Source: an uncultured Actinomycetota bacterium (GTDB lineage Bacteria > Actinomycetota > Actinomycetes > JAHEKZ01). From it: a stretch of DNA of 64,000 bases. The DNA lies in contig CAVURN010000002.1 of assembly GCA_963743915.1 (NCBI GenBank), positions 640,001 through 704,000 on the forward strand. Reading direction: 5' to 3'. The notes under the pieces were generated by a model. The model saw only the letters and a program-made list of their open reading frames with translations. It was not told the DNA's origin and ran no database searches. Shown in pieces: positions 50,793 to 59,514 of the stretch (within the stretch, counting starts at the first letter, position 1; every line of letters starts with the position of its first letter). The position numbers were made by a program, and so were the translations under genes.

Positions 50793-51653
50793 CTACAGCA
50801 GCCCCATCATCGGATCCGGTTCGGCGAGCCGCTCGAGCACCTCGCCGATCATCAGGTGGCGAAGGTCGTCCCGCCCCAGCTCCGCCCAGCCGCGGGGCGC
50901 CGCGACGAAGGGATGTGCTCTGCCCCGCAGCGAGTAGGGCGTGATGGTGGTCTTGTTGAGGTTGTTCTGGCTCCAGTCGATGAAGACTCTTCCTCCGCGC
51001 TCGGCCCGGGCCATGGACGCCGTCGCCCGCCGAGGAAAGGCCTTCACCGCGGCGTCCGCCAGGGCTTTGGCGTACTCACTTGTGGTCCCCGACCGCTCGG
51101 AGGCGCGCCAGCGGGCGTAGACGTGGATGCCCTTGCTGCCGCTGGTGACCGGGACGCAGTCGAGTCCGTCCCCCTCCAGCTGCTCCTTCATCCAGAGCGC
51201 GATCTCCGCGCACTCGGGGAGCCCGGTCCGCGGTCCTGGATCGAGGTCCAGTACCAACCGGTCGACCCGCTGGCCCCCACCGTGCCAACGCCACTGCGGG
51301 ACGTGCAGCTCGAGCGCGTTCTGCTGGGCGAACCACGCCAACGTCGCGGCGTCGTGAGCGATCGGGTAGGTCACGGGTCCGCCGGAGTGCTCGAGGGTGA
51401 GGGTCTCGATCCAGTCGGGGGCTCCGCGGGGCATCTGCTTCTCGAAGAACCGCGCCTCGGTCACTCCTGCCGGCCACCGGATACGCGTCACTGGACGGCG
51501 CCGCAGGTGCGGCAGCATGCGCTCGGACATCTGCACGTAGTACCCGATCACAGCCGCCTTGGTGACGCCGTCCTCGGGGTAGACGACGCGGGCGGGGCTG
51601 GTGACGCGCAGGGTGCGTCCGCCCACGACGATCGAGCCCGCGTCTTCTCCCAC
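50793..51653 (-). CDS. ligD: Stand-alone LigD polymerase/primase (AEP) domain protein
   Basis: RWPAG..FFEK, LELH, DLDPGP, TSGSKGIH, FIDWSQN, PYSLR; no ligase domain. Confidence 0.9.
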   Translation of the reverse strand: MGEDAGSIVVGGRTLRVTSPARVVYPEDGVTKAAVIGYYVQMSERMLPHLRRRPVTRIRWPAGVTEARFFEKQMPRGAPDWIETLTLEHSGGPVTYPIAHDAATLAWFAQQNALELHVPQWRWHGGGQRVDRLVLDLDPGPRTGLPECAEIALWMKEQLEGDGLDCVPVTSGSKGIHVYARWRASERSGTTSEYAKALADAAVKAFPRRATASMARAERGGRVFIDWSQNNLNKTTITPYSLRGRAHPFVAAPRGWAELGRDDLRHLMIGEVLERLAEPDPMMGLL

Positions 51654-51719
51654 ACGGTGATTGTCTACCCGACCTGACCCCTTTGGTGGCACGCTGCGAT
51701 CGACAACCGGGAGGGCTCG

Positions 51720-51911
51720 ATGGGTAGGAACAACGGCAACAACGGGGCGGCCGCGGGTAGCGGCGCCATCTACGGCCTCGGGATCTTCGGGGCGTGGGTC
51801 TGGTTCTGGCAGCAGGCGGATGGCTTCTGGGAGTACGTGGGAGCGATCCTGCAGGGCATCGTCTGGCCGGCGTTCATGGTCTACGAAGGATTCAAGGCGC
51901 TGGCGGGCTGA
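51720..51911 (+). CDS. Small 2-TM hypothetical protein (63 aa)
   Basis: GAIYGLGIFGAWVWFWQQADGFW..VWPAFMVYE; GGAGG RBS. Confidence 0.78.
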   Translation: MGRNNGNNGAAAGSGAIYGLGIFGAWVWFWQQADGFWEYVGAILQGIVWPAFMVYEGFKALAG

Positions 51912-51933
51912 GCTCGCTGGGCCTCCGGTCGAG

Positions 51934-51959
51934 GTTTCCGCACCAGCGCCGGCGGGTAG
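51934..51959 (+). promoter_or_regulatory. SigB/SigF-type promoter for topoisomerase IB
   Basis: GTTT-N16-GGGTAG. Confidence 0.62.
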
Positions 51960-52003
51960 CACCGCACCATGAAGCGGGTCAAGCTGTGTATCGAGGCGAT
52001 CTC

Positions 52004-53008
52004 ATGCCACGGCTGAGGCGTAGCGACCCGTCAGGACAGGGATTCACCCGGCGCAAGGCAGGGCGTGGCTTCACCCTTCTCGACGAGCGCGGCGCGCGCA
52101 TCACCGACGAGGAGACCCTGCGTCGGATCAGAGCTCTGGTCATTCCACCGGCCTGGACGGATGTGTGGATCTGCCCAGCTCCGAACGGACACATCCAGGC
52201 GGTCGGGACCGATGACGCCGGACGCCGCCAGTACCTCTACCACCCCCACTGGCAGGAGGTCCGGAGCGAAGTCAAGTTCGAGCGCGCCCGCGGACTGGGC
52301 AGCTGCCTCCCCACCCTGCGCCGACGACTGCGCCAGGAGCTGGACGGATCGCACCTGAGCCAGGAGCGCGTGATGGCCTGCGCAGTCCGCCTGCTCGATC
52401 TCGGCGCCTTCCGCGTCGGCAGCGAGGCCTACGCCAAGCAGAACGCCTCGTTCGGCTTGGCCACGCTGCGCCGAGACCACGTGCACCTGGTCCGTGAGGG
52501 TGTCGCCTTCGAGTTCCCCGCCAAGTCGGGTCAGCTGGGGCAGGTGGTGGTCACCGACCCGTACATCCGCGAGATCGTGGCACGTCTGCTCAGGCGGCGC
52601 GACGACTCTCCTGACCTGCTCGCGTGGTGGGACCGCTCGCGCCGAGAGTGGGTGGACGTCAAGAGCACCCACATCAACGAGCACCTGCGCACTTTGACCC
52701 GGCAGGACCTCACGGCCAAGGACTTCCGGACCTGGCACGGCTCTGTGCTGATGGCGATGAACCTCGCCGTCCACGCCGCCCGCGGGGAGAGCCTGACGAA
52801 GCGTCGCCTGGCCGAGTCCTACCGGGAGGTGTCGCTGGAGCTGGGCAACACGCCCGCCGTGGTGCGTAGCTCGTACGTCGACCCGCGCGTCGTCGACCTC
52901 GCAGAGCGTGGACGCACCATTCCGCGATTTCGCGCGCACCGTCACGAACTGGTTCCCACGAAGGCCTCGACCTCGCTGCACGAGCTCCTGGGCGCGGAAC
53001 AGGGTTGA
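52004..53008 (+). CDS. Bacterial DNA topoisomerase IB
   Basis: IPPAWTDVWI, GRRQYLYH, FRVGSE, FPAKSG, AKDFRTW, LGNTPAVVRSSY (catalytic Tyr). Confidence 0.95.
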   Translation: MPRLRRSDPSGQGFTRRKAGRGFTLLDERGARITDEETLRRIRALVIPPAWTDVWICPAPNGHIQAVGTDDAGRRQYLYHPHWQEVRSEVKFERARGLGSCLPTLRRRLRQELDGSHLSQERVMACAVRLLDLGAFRVGSEAYAKQNASFGLATLRRDHVHLVREGVAFEFPAKSGQLGQVVVTDPYIREIVARLLRRRDDSPDLLAWWDRSRREWVDVKSTHINEHLRTLTRQDLTAKDFRTWHGSVLMAMNLAVHAARGESLTKRRLAESYREVSLELGNTPAVVRSSYVDPRVVDLAERGRTIPRFRAHRHELVPTKASTSLHELLGAEQG

Positions 53009-53027
53009 GCCACCGAACGTCGGGTAT
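53003..53027 (+). promoter_or_regulatory. SigB/SigF-type promoter for the CBS gene
   Basis: GGTT-N15-GGGTAT. Confidence 0.6.
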
Positions 53028-53058
53028 CCCGGACCTGTCCCGACGAGAGGAAGACGAC

Positions 53059-53472
53059 ATGACCCAGATCAGTGCGGTAATGACCGGCCCCGTGGTGACG
53101 GTGGCACCGGAGACCTCCACGGTCGAGGCCGCCCGGCAGATGGCGGAAAGTGACACCGGCGACGTGGTCATCACCGAGAACGGCCGCCTGTATGGCATCT
53201 TGACCGATCGTGACATCGCGATCCGCGTCGTGGCTGAGGGTCTCGACCCGGACATCCCCGTGAGCGAGGTGTGCTCCGGGAACCCTGTGACGGTCACGCC
53301 TGACGATGAGTTGACCACCGCGTCCCAGCTGATGCGTGAACACTCCATCCGTCGGCTGCCGGTGTGCGAAGGCAGTGAGGTCGTCGGCTTCATCAGCCTT
53401 GGTGACCTGTCTCAGTTCAGCGACGCGGACGCGACCTTGTCGGACATCAGCTCCGCACCCGCCCAGCGCTGA
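53059..53472 (+). CDS. CBS-pair domain protein
   Basis: GILTDRDIAIR, IRRLPV, GFISLGDL. Confidence 0.92.
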   Translation: MTQISAVMTGPVVTVAPETSTVEAARQMAESDTGDVVITENGRLYGILTDRDIAIRVVAEGLDPDIPVSEVCSGNPVTVTPDDELTTASQLMREHSIRRLPVCEGSEVVGFISLGDLSQFSDADATLSDISSAPAQR

Positions 53473-53497
53473 AGGATCGCCCTACCGAGAGGCAGCC

Positions 53498-53671
53498 ATG
53501 GAGAAACCAGGCGAACGTCACCAAGACCCCGCCGACCGCGCCGAGTCCCACATGGTCCAGCGCTCGGACGCCGCCGGCGTCCCACGCTCCAACCGTGCCG
53601 GCAACGCGGGAGGAACCATGAGCGAGACGAGCAGGTCGCGCGATCCCGACCTTGATGACGAGGTCGGGTGA
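53498..53671 (+). CDS. Small hydrophilic hypothetical protein (57 aa)
   Basis: GAGAGG RBS; polar/charged sequence MEKPGERHQDPADRAESH..DPDLDDEVG. Confidence 0.5.
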   Translation: MEKPGERHQDPADRAESHMVQRSDAAGVPRSNRAGNAGGTMSETSRSRDPDLDDEVG

Positions 53672-53675
53672 TCCG

Positions 53676-53930
53676 TCACCGCCGTAGCGCCCGCTGCATC
53701 TCCTTCTCCACGTCGGCCTCGGTGATGGGCTTGCGGCCGTAGACGTCCCACGCGTTCAGCACCAAGCCGATGCCCCATCCGGCCATCACCCAGCCGGGCC
53801 AGAAGTAGCCGGCTCCGCTGAGCAGCCAGGTGGCGACCAGGAAGCTGTTGATCACGAGGTAGACGATCAGGTGCGCGGTGGAGTCTCTCTTGGCCTTGAC
53901 GCGCTTGAGGGCCAGGGGCAGATCCAGAGG
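53676..53930 (-). pseudogene. 2TM-domain protein lacking a canonical start (5'-truncated or CTG-initiated)
   Basis: ALKRVKAKRDSTAHLIVYLVINSFL..YFWPGWVMAGWGIGLVLNAWDVYGRKPITEADVEKEM; no in-frame ATG/GTG/TTG upstream. Confidence 0.65.
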
Positions 53931-53941
53931 TCCTGTGAGTG

Positions 53942-55321
53942 TCAGATCAGACGGGCGAGCAGCTGCTCGTAGGCGGGGAACAGCGCCTCACTGACGGCTG
54001 GAAAAGGCTGCACGGTGTCCACCAGCGTCGCCACTGGCACCTTCGCCCGGATCGCGAGCGTGACCTGCGAGATCCACTCATCAGCCCGGGGACCGATCGC
54101 TGAGGCGCTGATCAGCGTTCCGGTATCGGCGTCGGCGTTCATCACCAGAACGCCGGACTCGGACTCCAACCAGGCTCGGGCGGTGCCACCCACGTCTACC
54201 GTCACGCTGACGACGCTCCGGCCGTCCCGTCGTGCTTGGTCGGCGGAAGGACCGACGCCCGCCACTGGAGGGTCGATGAAGACACCGCGTGGGATGGCCG
54301 TGACGTCCATGCGCGCATCGCCCCCCAGGATGTTGGTGGCGATGATGCGTCCGGCGTAGTTGGCCATGTGCGTGAAGGGCAGGCGTCCGGTCACGTCCCC
54401 TGCGGCATAGACGCCAGGCAGACCGGGGATCTGTCCGTCGTCCTGGACCGGGATGGCGCCCGACGACACGTCCACGTCGAGGTGCTCGAGGCCGTACCCC
54501 TTCAGGCGTGGACGCCGCCCGGTGGCTACCAGCAACCGATCGCCGGTGATCTCGGTGCCGTCCTCGAGGTGCAGGACGGGCCGCCCACCTCTCTGCGAGA
54601 CGCGATTGACCGCGACTCCGACGCTGACGCGCACGTCTGTCTCGGCCAACACGCCGGCAACCGCCGCCGACACCTCAGGCTCCTCGCCGGGCAGCAACCG
54701 GTCGAGGGCTTCGACGACGGTGACGGCCGCACCGAACGTGGAGTACACCTGGGCGAGCTCGACGCCGATCGCGCCACCACCGAGGATCACCAGAGACACC
54801 GGCAGCTCATCACTCGTGAGCGCGTCCTCGCTCGTCCAGGGCTTGGCGTCAGCGAGGCCGGGGATGGGGGGTAGCGCCGCATCGGCACCGACGCAGATGA
54901 GCAGCTTGTCGTAGGTCAGCTCGCTCCCACCGACCGCGACCTCTCCTGGAGCCACGATGGTGCCTTCGCCGCGGACGATGTGGACGCCGGCCTGCTCCAG
55001 CCGGCGCACTGCTCCGGAGTCGTCCAGGTGCTCAGCGCGCTCGTCCCGCAGGCGAACGGCCCGCGCCCACGCTGCGCGGGCGTCACCGAGGTCGAGCGGC
55101 ACATCAACCGCTCCCAGGCGATGAGCCAGCGCCGCCTGTCGGCGGCGCGACGCAGCGATCAACAGCGCCTTGCTGGGGACACACCCCCAGTAGGGGCACT
55201 CGCCTCCGACCAGCCGCGACTCGATCAGTGCGACCCGGAGGCCACCCCTGGCGACCCGCTCCGCCACTGTCTCCCCGGCCGAGCCTCCTCCGAGAACGAC
55301 GAGGTCGTACGCGTCCGTCAT
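53942..55321 (-). CDS. Class I pyridine nucleotide-disulfide oxidoreductase
   Basis: GGGSAG, GGECPYWGCVPSK, GGGAIGVE, ATGRRP, AAGD; C-terminal PFPAVSE. Confidence 0.9.
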   Translation of the reverse strand: MTDAYDLVVLGGGSAGETVAERVARGGLRVALIESRLVGGECPYWGCVPSKALLIAASRRRQAALAHRLGAVDVPLDLGDARAAWARAVRLRDERAEHLDDSGAVRRLEQAGVHIVRGEGTIVAPGEVAVGGSELTYDKLLICVGADAALPPIPGLADAKPWTSEDALTSDELPVSLVILGGGAIGVELAQVYSTFGAAVTVVEALDRLLPGEEPEVSAAVAGVLAETDVRVSVGVAVNRVSQRGGRPVLHLEDGTEITGDRLLVATGRRPRLKGYGLEHLDVDVSSGAIPVQDDGQIPGLPGVYAAGDVTGRLPFTHMANYAGRIIATNILGGDARMDVTAIPRGVFIDPPVAGVGPSADQARRDGRSVVSVTVDVGGTARAWLESESGVLVMNADADTGTLISASAIGPRADEWISQVTLAIRAKVPVATLVDTVQPFPAVSEALFPAYEQLLARLI

Positions 55322-55550
55322 CCATGCCGCCTTCCTGAGGGTCCAAGGACCGCTTGGATTCTCGTCCGAAACCTCAGGTTCAGCCAGATGCCCGTTCAGC
55401 CGTGAACGCAGCAGCCAAGCAGAGGCCACCCGGCGAACACTCATGGACATTTGGCGGTAAATCGGTCGAGCCCCTGACGACGCCGGACCGGGGAAGGTAC
55501 CGTCGGGGGAAGGCGCCGGTGAAGGCCGGCTGAGGCGGGGAACACATTTC

Positions 55551-57419
55551 ATGGGAAATCACGTACATCAGGACGCGGCGAGAGAGATCTCTCGCCGTTC
55601 GTTCCTGGCCGGAAGCGCGAGCATCGTGGCGCTGGGCGCCTCGGCCGGCGTCCTCCGTCCGCAGACGGCGTTCGCGGCCACTTCCGCCCTCGCCTCTCCC
55701 CTGTCGACGGTGTCGATGGCCATGCACCTGCACGCCTCGTTCAGCGAGGGCATCGGCTCCATGGGCGGGCACCTCTCCCAGGCTGTCGCCACCGGCGTCG
55801 ACGTCGTCTGGTGGACCGAGCACGACTGGCGCATGCAGAGCCGAGGGTTCGTCACCTCCATCGGTTTCGACGGCCTGAGCGAGACGCGTGCCGGCCAGCC
55901 GAAGGTGACGCTGAAGACGGAGAACTCCGGCAGTCTGTCAGCGTTCTCCGGGTCCTTCGTGTCGAGTCCCGTGTCCGGCAACGACCCTGGTCGGGCGAGT
56001 GCGCTGCGGATCACCGCCACCTCGTCGGGCACGGCTCGCGCGTCACGCCGCTACACCTTCGCGGCCAACAACAAGCGCCTGGTGGGCAATCTCGACGGGA
56101 CGACGCTGCAGCTGGACGTGCTCTGCCTGAAGACCGGGGCCAACGCCTGGGCCGAGCTGCGGATCAGGACGTCCTACCTGCCGGCCACGAACGGCCGCTC
56201 GGAGGGCCAGTACGAGATCGTCTACCTGATCGGCGGCAACGAGCCGGACGGCACGATCACCACGTCCGGTCGCAACGCCACCATGTTCCGGTCGGCTCCG
56301 GCGGGCCAGTGGGCCACGCTCACCTTCGATCCCGTCGCCGATCTCAACCGGGCCTTCAGCGGGATCGACTTCCGCGACTCTGCAGGCGTCGTGCTCCAGG
56401 TGGGTGCTGCCAGCAGCAACCGCGTGCAGGCGGAGGCGGTCTTCGACTACCTGCGGATCAACCGCGTGCGCAAGTCCGGGAACCAGCCTCTCGCCGTCCA
56501 ACGAGAGCTCATGGACAGCTACGCCGTGCGGTACCCCGGCGTGCTGCAGATGCCGGGGCTGGAGATCTCGTCAAAGTCTCCGCATGTCAATGGGTTCGGC
56601 TCGAACCTCAACATCCCGGCGGAGGGCACCGCCGCCGCCACAGACCCTGCTGCGATGGTGGCGGCCGTGCACTCGGTCGACGGTGTCGCTTCGTACAACC
56701 ACCCGTTCGGTACGTCCGGGCCCAACCGTTCCACCACCGAGCAGGACGCCCAGCGGCGCAAGGTCGCGACGGCCATGCTCAACCAGGACTTCTACGCAGC
56801 GGACGTCCTCGAGGTCGGCTTCCCAGGCGGGAAGGCCGGTATGTCGGCCGCCCAGTACTACGCACTCTGGGACACCCTGTCGCGCAACCTGCTGTTCGCC
56901 ACCGGCGTCGGCACCAGCGACAACCACACCGGACGTTCCTGGGCCACCCAGCAGTGGAACCACGTCACCAGGGTCTGGGCCGACTTGAACGAGGCCTCCA
57001 TGCTCGACGGCCTGCGCGGTGGCCGCGCCTGGTTCGGCCCACCCACCGGCTACCCCGGTGACCTCGACCTCGAGGCGGACGACGGCGCTCCCATGGGCTC
57101 GGTCAGCGTCTCCACCGCCAATCAGCGGACGGTGCGGGTTCTGGCGGACGCCGTCCCGAACGGCGGGTCTGTGACCGTCGTCCGCGGGGCCGTCGACTCC
57201 GCCGGGACGTCGGACCCCAACCCCTCTGTCACGCGTCAGCAGTACTCCGCTTCGGCTGTGCAGAACGGTGAGCTGGCCATCCAGGTGGACACCTCCTCGC
57301 CGGCCTTCGTGCGCGTCGAGGTCGCCAACTCCTCCGGGACCCAGGTCGCCTGCTCGAACCCGATCTGGCTGCTCCGCGACCTGCCGAACGGCGTGCCCGC
57401 TCCTCGCTCCCCCGCCTGA
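55551..57419 (+). CDS. Tat-exported PHP-superfamily metallohydrolase (CehA/McbA-like) with inserted beta domain
   Basis: SRRSFL Tat signal; MHLHASFSEG, TEHD, GLEIS..H, YNHP, SDNH. Confidence 0.72.
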   Translation: MGNHVHQDAAREISRRSFLAGSASIVALGASAGVLRPQTAFAATSALASPLSTVSMAMHLHASFSEGIGSMGGHLSQAVATGVDVVWWTEHDWRMQSRGFVTSIGFDGLSETRAGQPKVTLKTENSGSLSAFSGSFVSSPVSGNDPGRASALRITATSSGTARASRRYTFAANNKRLVGNLDGTTLQLDVLCLKTGANAWAELRIRTSYLPATNGRSEGQYEIVYLIGGNEPDGTITTSGRNATMFRSAPAGQWATLTFDPVADLNRAFSGIDFRDSAGVVLQVGAASSNRVQAEAVFDYLRINRVRKSGNQPLAVQRELMDSYAVRYPGVLQMPGLEISSKSPHVNGFGSNLNIPAEGTAAATDPAAMVAAVHSVDGVASYNHPFGTSGPNRSTTEQDAQRRKVATAMLNQDFYAADVLEVGFPGGKAGMSAAQYYALWDTLSRNLLFATGVGTSDNHTGRSWATQQWNHVTRVWADLNEASMLDGLRGGRAWFGPPTGYPGDLDLEADDGAPMGSVSVSTANQRTVRVLADAVPNGGSVTVVRGAVDSAGTSDPNPSVTRQQYSASAVQNGELAIQVDTSSPAFVRVEVANSSGTQVACSNPIWLLRDLPNGVPAPRSPA

Positions 57420-57440
57420 CCAGCGGCGGGCTCACCCGCC

Positions 57441-57468
57441 CTCAAGGTCCTCGGCCGCCCTGACGATA
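57441..57468 (+). promoter_or_regulatory. FliA/WhiG-like promoter
   Basis: CTCAAG-N15-GACGATA, then AAGGAG RBS and ATG 57500. Confidence 0.45.
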
Positions 57469-57499
57469 CGTCAGCAAGATAATCGGCCGAAGGAGTGAA

Positions 57500-57982
57500 A
57501 TGGCGTCCAGTGGCGACCGCCCCGTCGGAACGCCAAGCTCGCGCCCAGCCGGAGTTCGGCTCGGTGAGGGGCTCCTGCACGTGCTCCGGTCGGCCACCCA
57601 TGGTCAGCCGCCCAGCGCTGACGACCAGAGCGACGGCAGTGCGGTGCCTCCGGGAGCTCCCCAGGCCCCCGAAGCCGCGTCCTACTCCGAGGCACATGCG
57701 GAGCGCGATGCGACCGTAGCCATCCGCTACCTGGTCGCCGCGGTGGTCGTCTCGACCCTCGCGACCTGCCTCGGTCTGGCAGCCCCCTCTGGCAAGGGTG
57801 GCGTGCTGTGGGTCGGCGGCTTCGTCGTGACGGTGCTGCTGGGAGTGCTGGGATGGCAAGCAGCGATGCGTGCCCAGCACCTGGCCTACGCCATTCCCCG
57901 TGACCTGATGACGAAGGTGCTGACGTTGCTGGGGCTGTCGGTGCTCATGATGGTGCCGTACGTGCTGTCCGTCCTGAACTAG
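57500..57982 (+). CDS. Hypothetical membrane protein (3 TM)
   Basis: AAGGAG RBS; disordered N-terminus, three hydrophobic segments. Confidence 0.65.
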   Translation: MASSGDRPVGTPSSRPAGVRLGEGLLHVLRSATHGQPPSADDQSDGSAVPPGAPQAPEAASYSEAHAERDATVAIRYLVAAVVVSTLATCLGLAAPSGKGGVLWVGGFVVTVLLGVLGWQAAMRAQHLAYAIPRDLMTKVLTLLGLSVLMMVPYVLSVLN

Positions 57983-59331
57983 CCACCGCTCCAGGGTTTC
58001 TCAATGCGCACCCAGTCGATGTCACCGTTGAAGTAGTCGCACGTCGTGGATGCCCTGGCGGGGTCGCACCGCAGCTTGCCGCCGATGGACAACGGCCACT
58101 TGTTGTCGATCCGTCCGATGCTGCCCTTGATACACCGGCTCATCGCAGAAGGCGTGCCCTCGTCGAGGTAGACGCAGACGTTGGTCAGGTTCCTGACACA
58201 GCGCAGCGTGTGCCACTGACCGTCATCGACCTTCGCATCGGGATTCGGCGACTTGTTGAAGCCGATCGCCTTGGTGTTGTGGTTCTCGTCCCGGTAGTGG
58301 CACCGCGGCCATCCGGTGTGGACCACCAGCTTCCAGTAGCCGCCGCGGTCCTCCGACTGGCCCTTCTGCAGGATGTTGGGCCGCGATCCGTTCGTCTTGA
58401 ATCGAACGGCCACCGAGTAGGTGCCGGTTCCTGGGTCCAGCATCGGGGTGTCGTCGACCAGCGCCAGACGCTCACGGTTCTGCACGTTCGACGGACCGTC
58501 GAAGTGGTACCCCTTGCCGGTGGGCGTCGGCCAGTTGATGCGTACCGAGCTGCCGATGTACCCATTCAGGCCGTTGCCGGAGGAGTCCACCATGGTCTGC
58601 CCGGACGTCTCGTTCATCTGCCAGTCGCCCACCACCACGGGCCCGACGGGCTGCAGGTCGATCTTTGCGCGTACCGGTTCGATGATCGTGCGATCGTCGC
58701 AGCGACGGATCAGCGTGCGGAGTGTCGACCGCTCGTCCGGATCCACCTGGAGGTCCCACCGGTACTTCACTGCTGCGTACTGCTTCGCGTAGTTGCATTG
58801 GAACTGCCTCCGGGGCAGCCACTCGGTGGGTTCCCCCCCGGCCCTGGCGGTCTGGCTCTTCCTGCTCACCGCGTTCAGAGAGAACCGGTAGCCCAGGTCG
58901 TTGGCAAAGCGGTCGCGCGTTCCCGAGGTCCACAGCTTGGCGCCGGAGCTCCACGCTTCGGCCAACGAGACGAGGGGGTCGATCCCCATGTCCCGCGCGC
59001 GTGTGAGGCGCTGACCGTCGTAGCGCGACAGCCACGTACCCCGGCGGACTCGACAGCCCTCCGAGGTGACCACCGGCCCCTTGGACTCGGAGATGAGGAC
59101 CTCTGCACGCGTGTTGCAGCCATCACCGTCCCGGTCCAGCCACGCGGCAAACTCACTCCGGACAAAACCGTCACCGTCCTCGGTACCGGTCTCGAGCTGC
59201 CCCAGCAGCTCAAGGGCATCCACCTTCACATTCCCTGCCCGCTGATCGGCGGCATCTACGGACGCAGGCGCTGCCGCCACGAGCAGGCCGACAACAATCC
59301 CTGCAGCGGCGATCGACCGCACAGTTCCCAC
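57979..59331 (-). CDS. Secreted DUF1524 (HNH-like) domain plus LamG/concanavalin A-like domain protein
   Basis: GCNTRAEVL, W.SRYDG, ID[P]LVSLAEAWSSGA, FANDL, KYRWDL; WQMNE..DSSGNG, DDGQWH, FNGDIDWVRI. Confidence 0.82.
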   Translation of the reverse strand: MGTVRSIAAAGIVVGLLVAAAPASVDAADQRAGNVKVDALELLGQLETGTEDGDGFVRSEFAAWLDRDGDGCNTRAEVLISESKGPVVTSEGCRVRRGTWLSRYDGQRLTRARDMGIDPLVSLAEAWSSGAKLWTSGTRDRFANDLGYRFSLNAVSRKSQTARAGGEPTEWLPRRQFQCNYAKQYAAVKYRWDLQVDPDERSTLRTLIRRCDDRTIIEPVRAKIDLQPVGPVVVGDWQMNETSGQTMVDSSGNGLNGYIGSSVRINWPTPTGKGYHFDGPSNVQNRERLALVDDTPMLDPGTGTYSVAVRFKTNGSRPNILQKGQSEDRGGYWKLVVHTGWPRCHYRDENHNTKAIGFNKSPNPDAKVDDGQWHTLRCVRNLTNVCVYLDEGTPSAMSRCIKGSIGRIDNKWPLSIGGKLRCDPARASTTCDYFNGDIDWVRIEKPWSGG

Positions 59332-59410
59332 GAATCCCCCCACATGACAATGACTGTTCAACGCGCATCACCCTAGGTCGACATCGACTGACGCGTGGAG
59401 AGACGACGAA

Positions 59411-59432
59411 ATTGTGACGCGCTAGTCACAAT
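59411..59432. promoter_or_regulatory. Perfect palindrome between divergent genes (operator candidate)
   Basis: ATTGTGAC-GCGCTA-GTCACAAT. Confidence 0.55.
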
Positions 59433-59514
59433 CGGAGGAGGGACCTGGGCCCGAGTGCCGCAGAACACATTCCGTGACAGGTGTAGGTCGCTCGGTCATG
59501 GGAATGTGTTCCGC

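Noticed and set aside
53942-55321. merA mercury resistance
   Set aside because: No C-terminal Cys-Cys and no mer genes nearby
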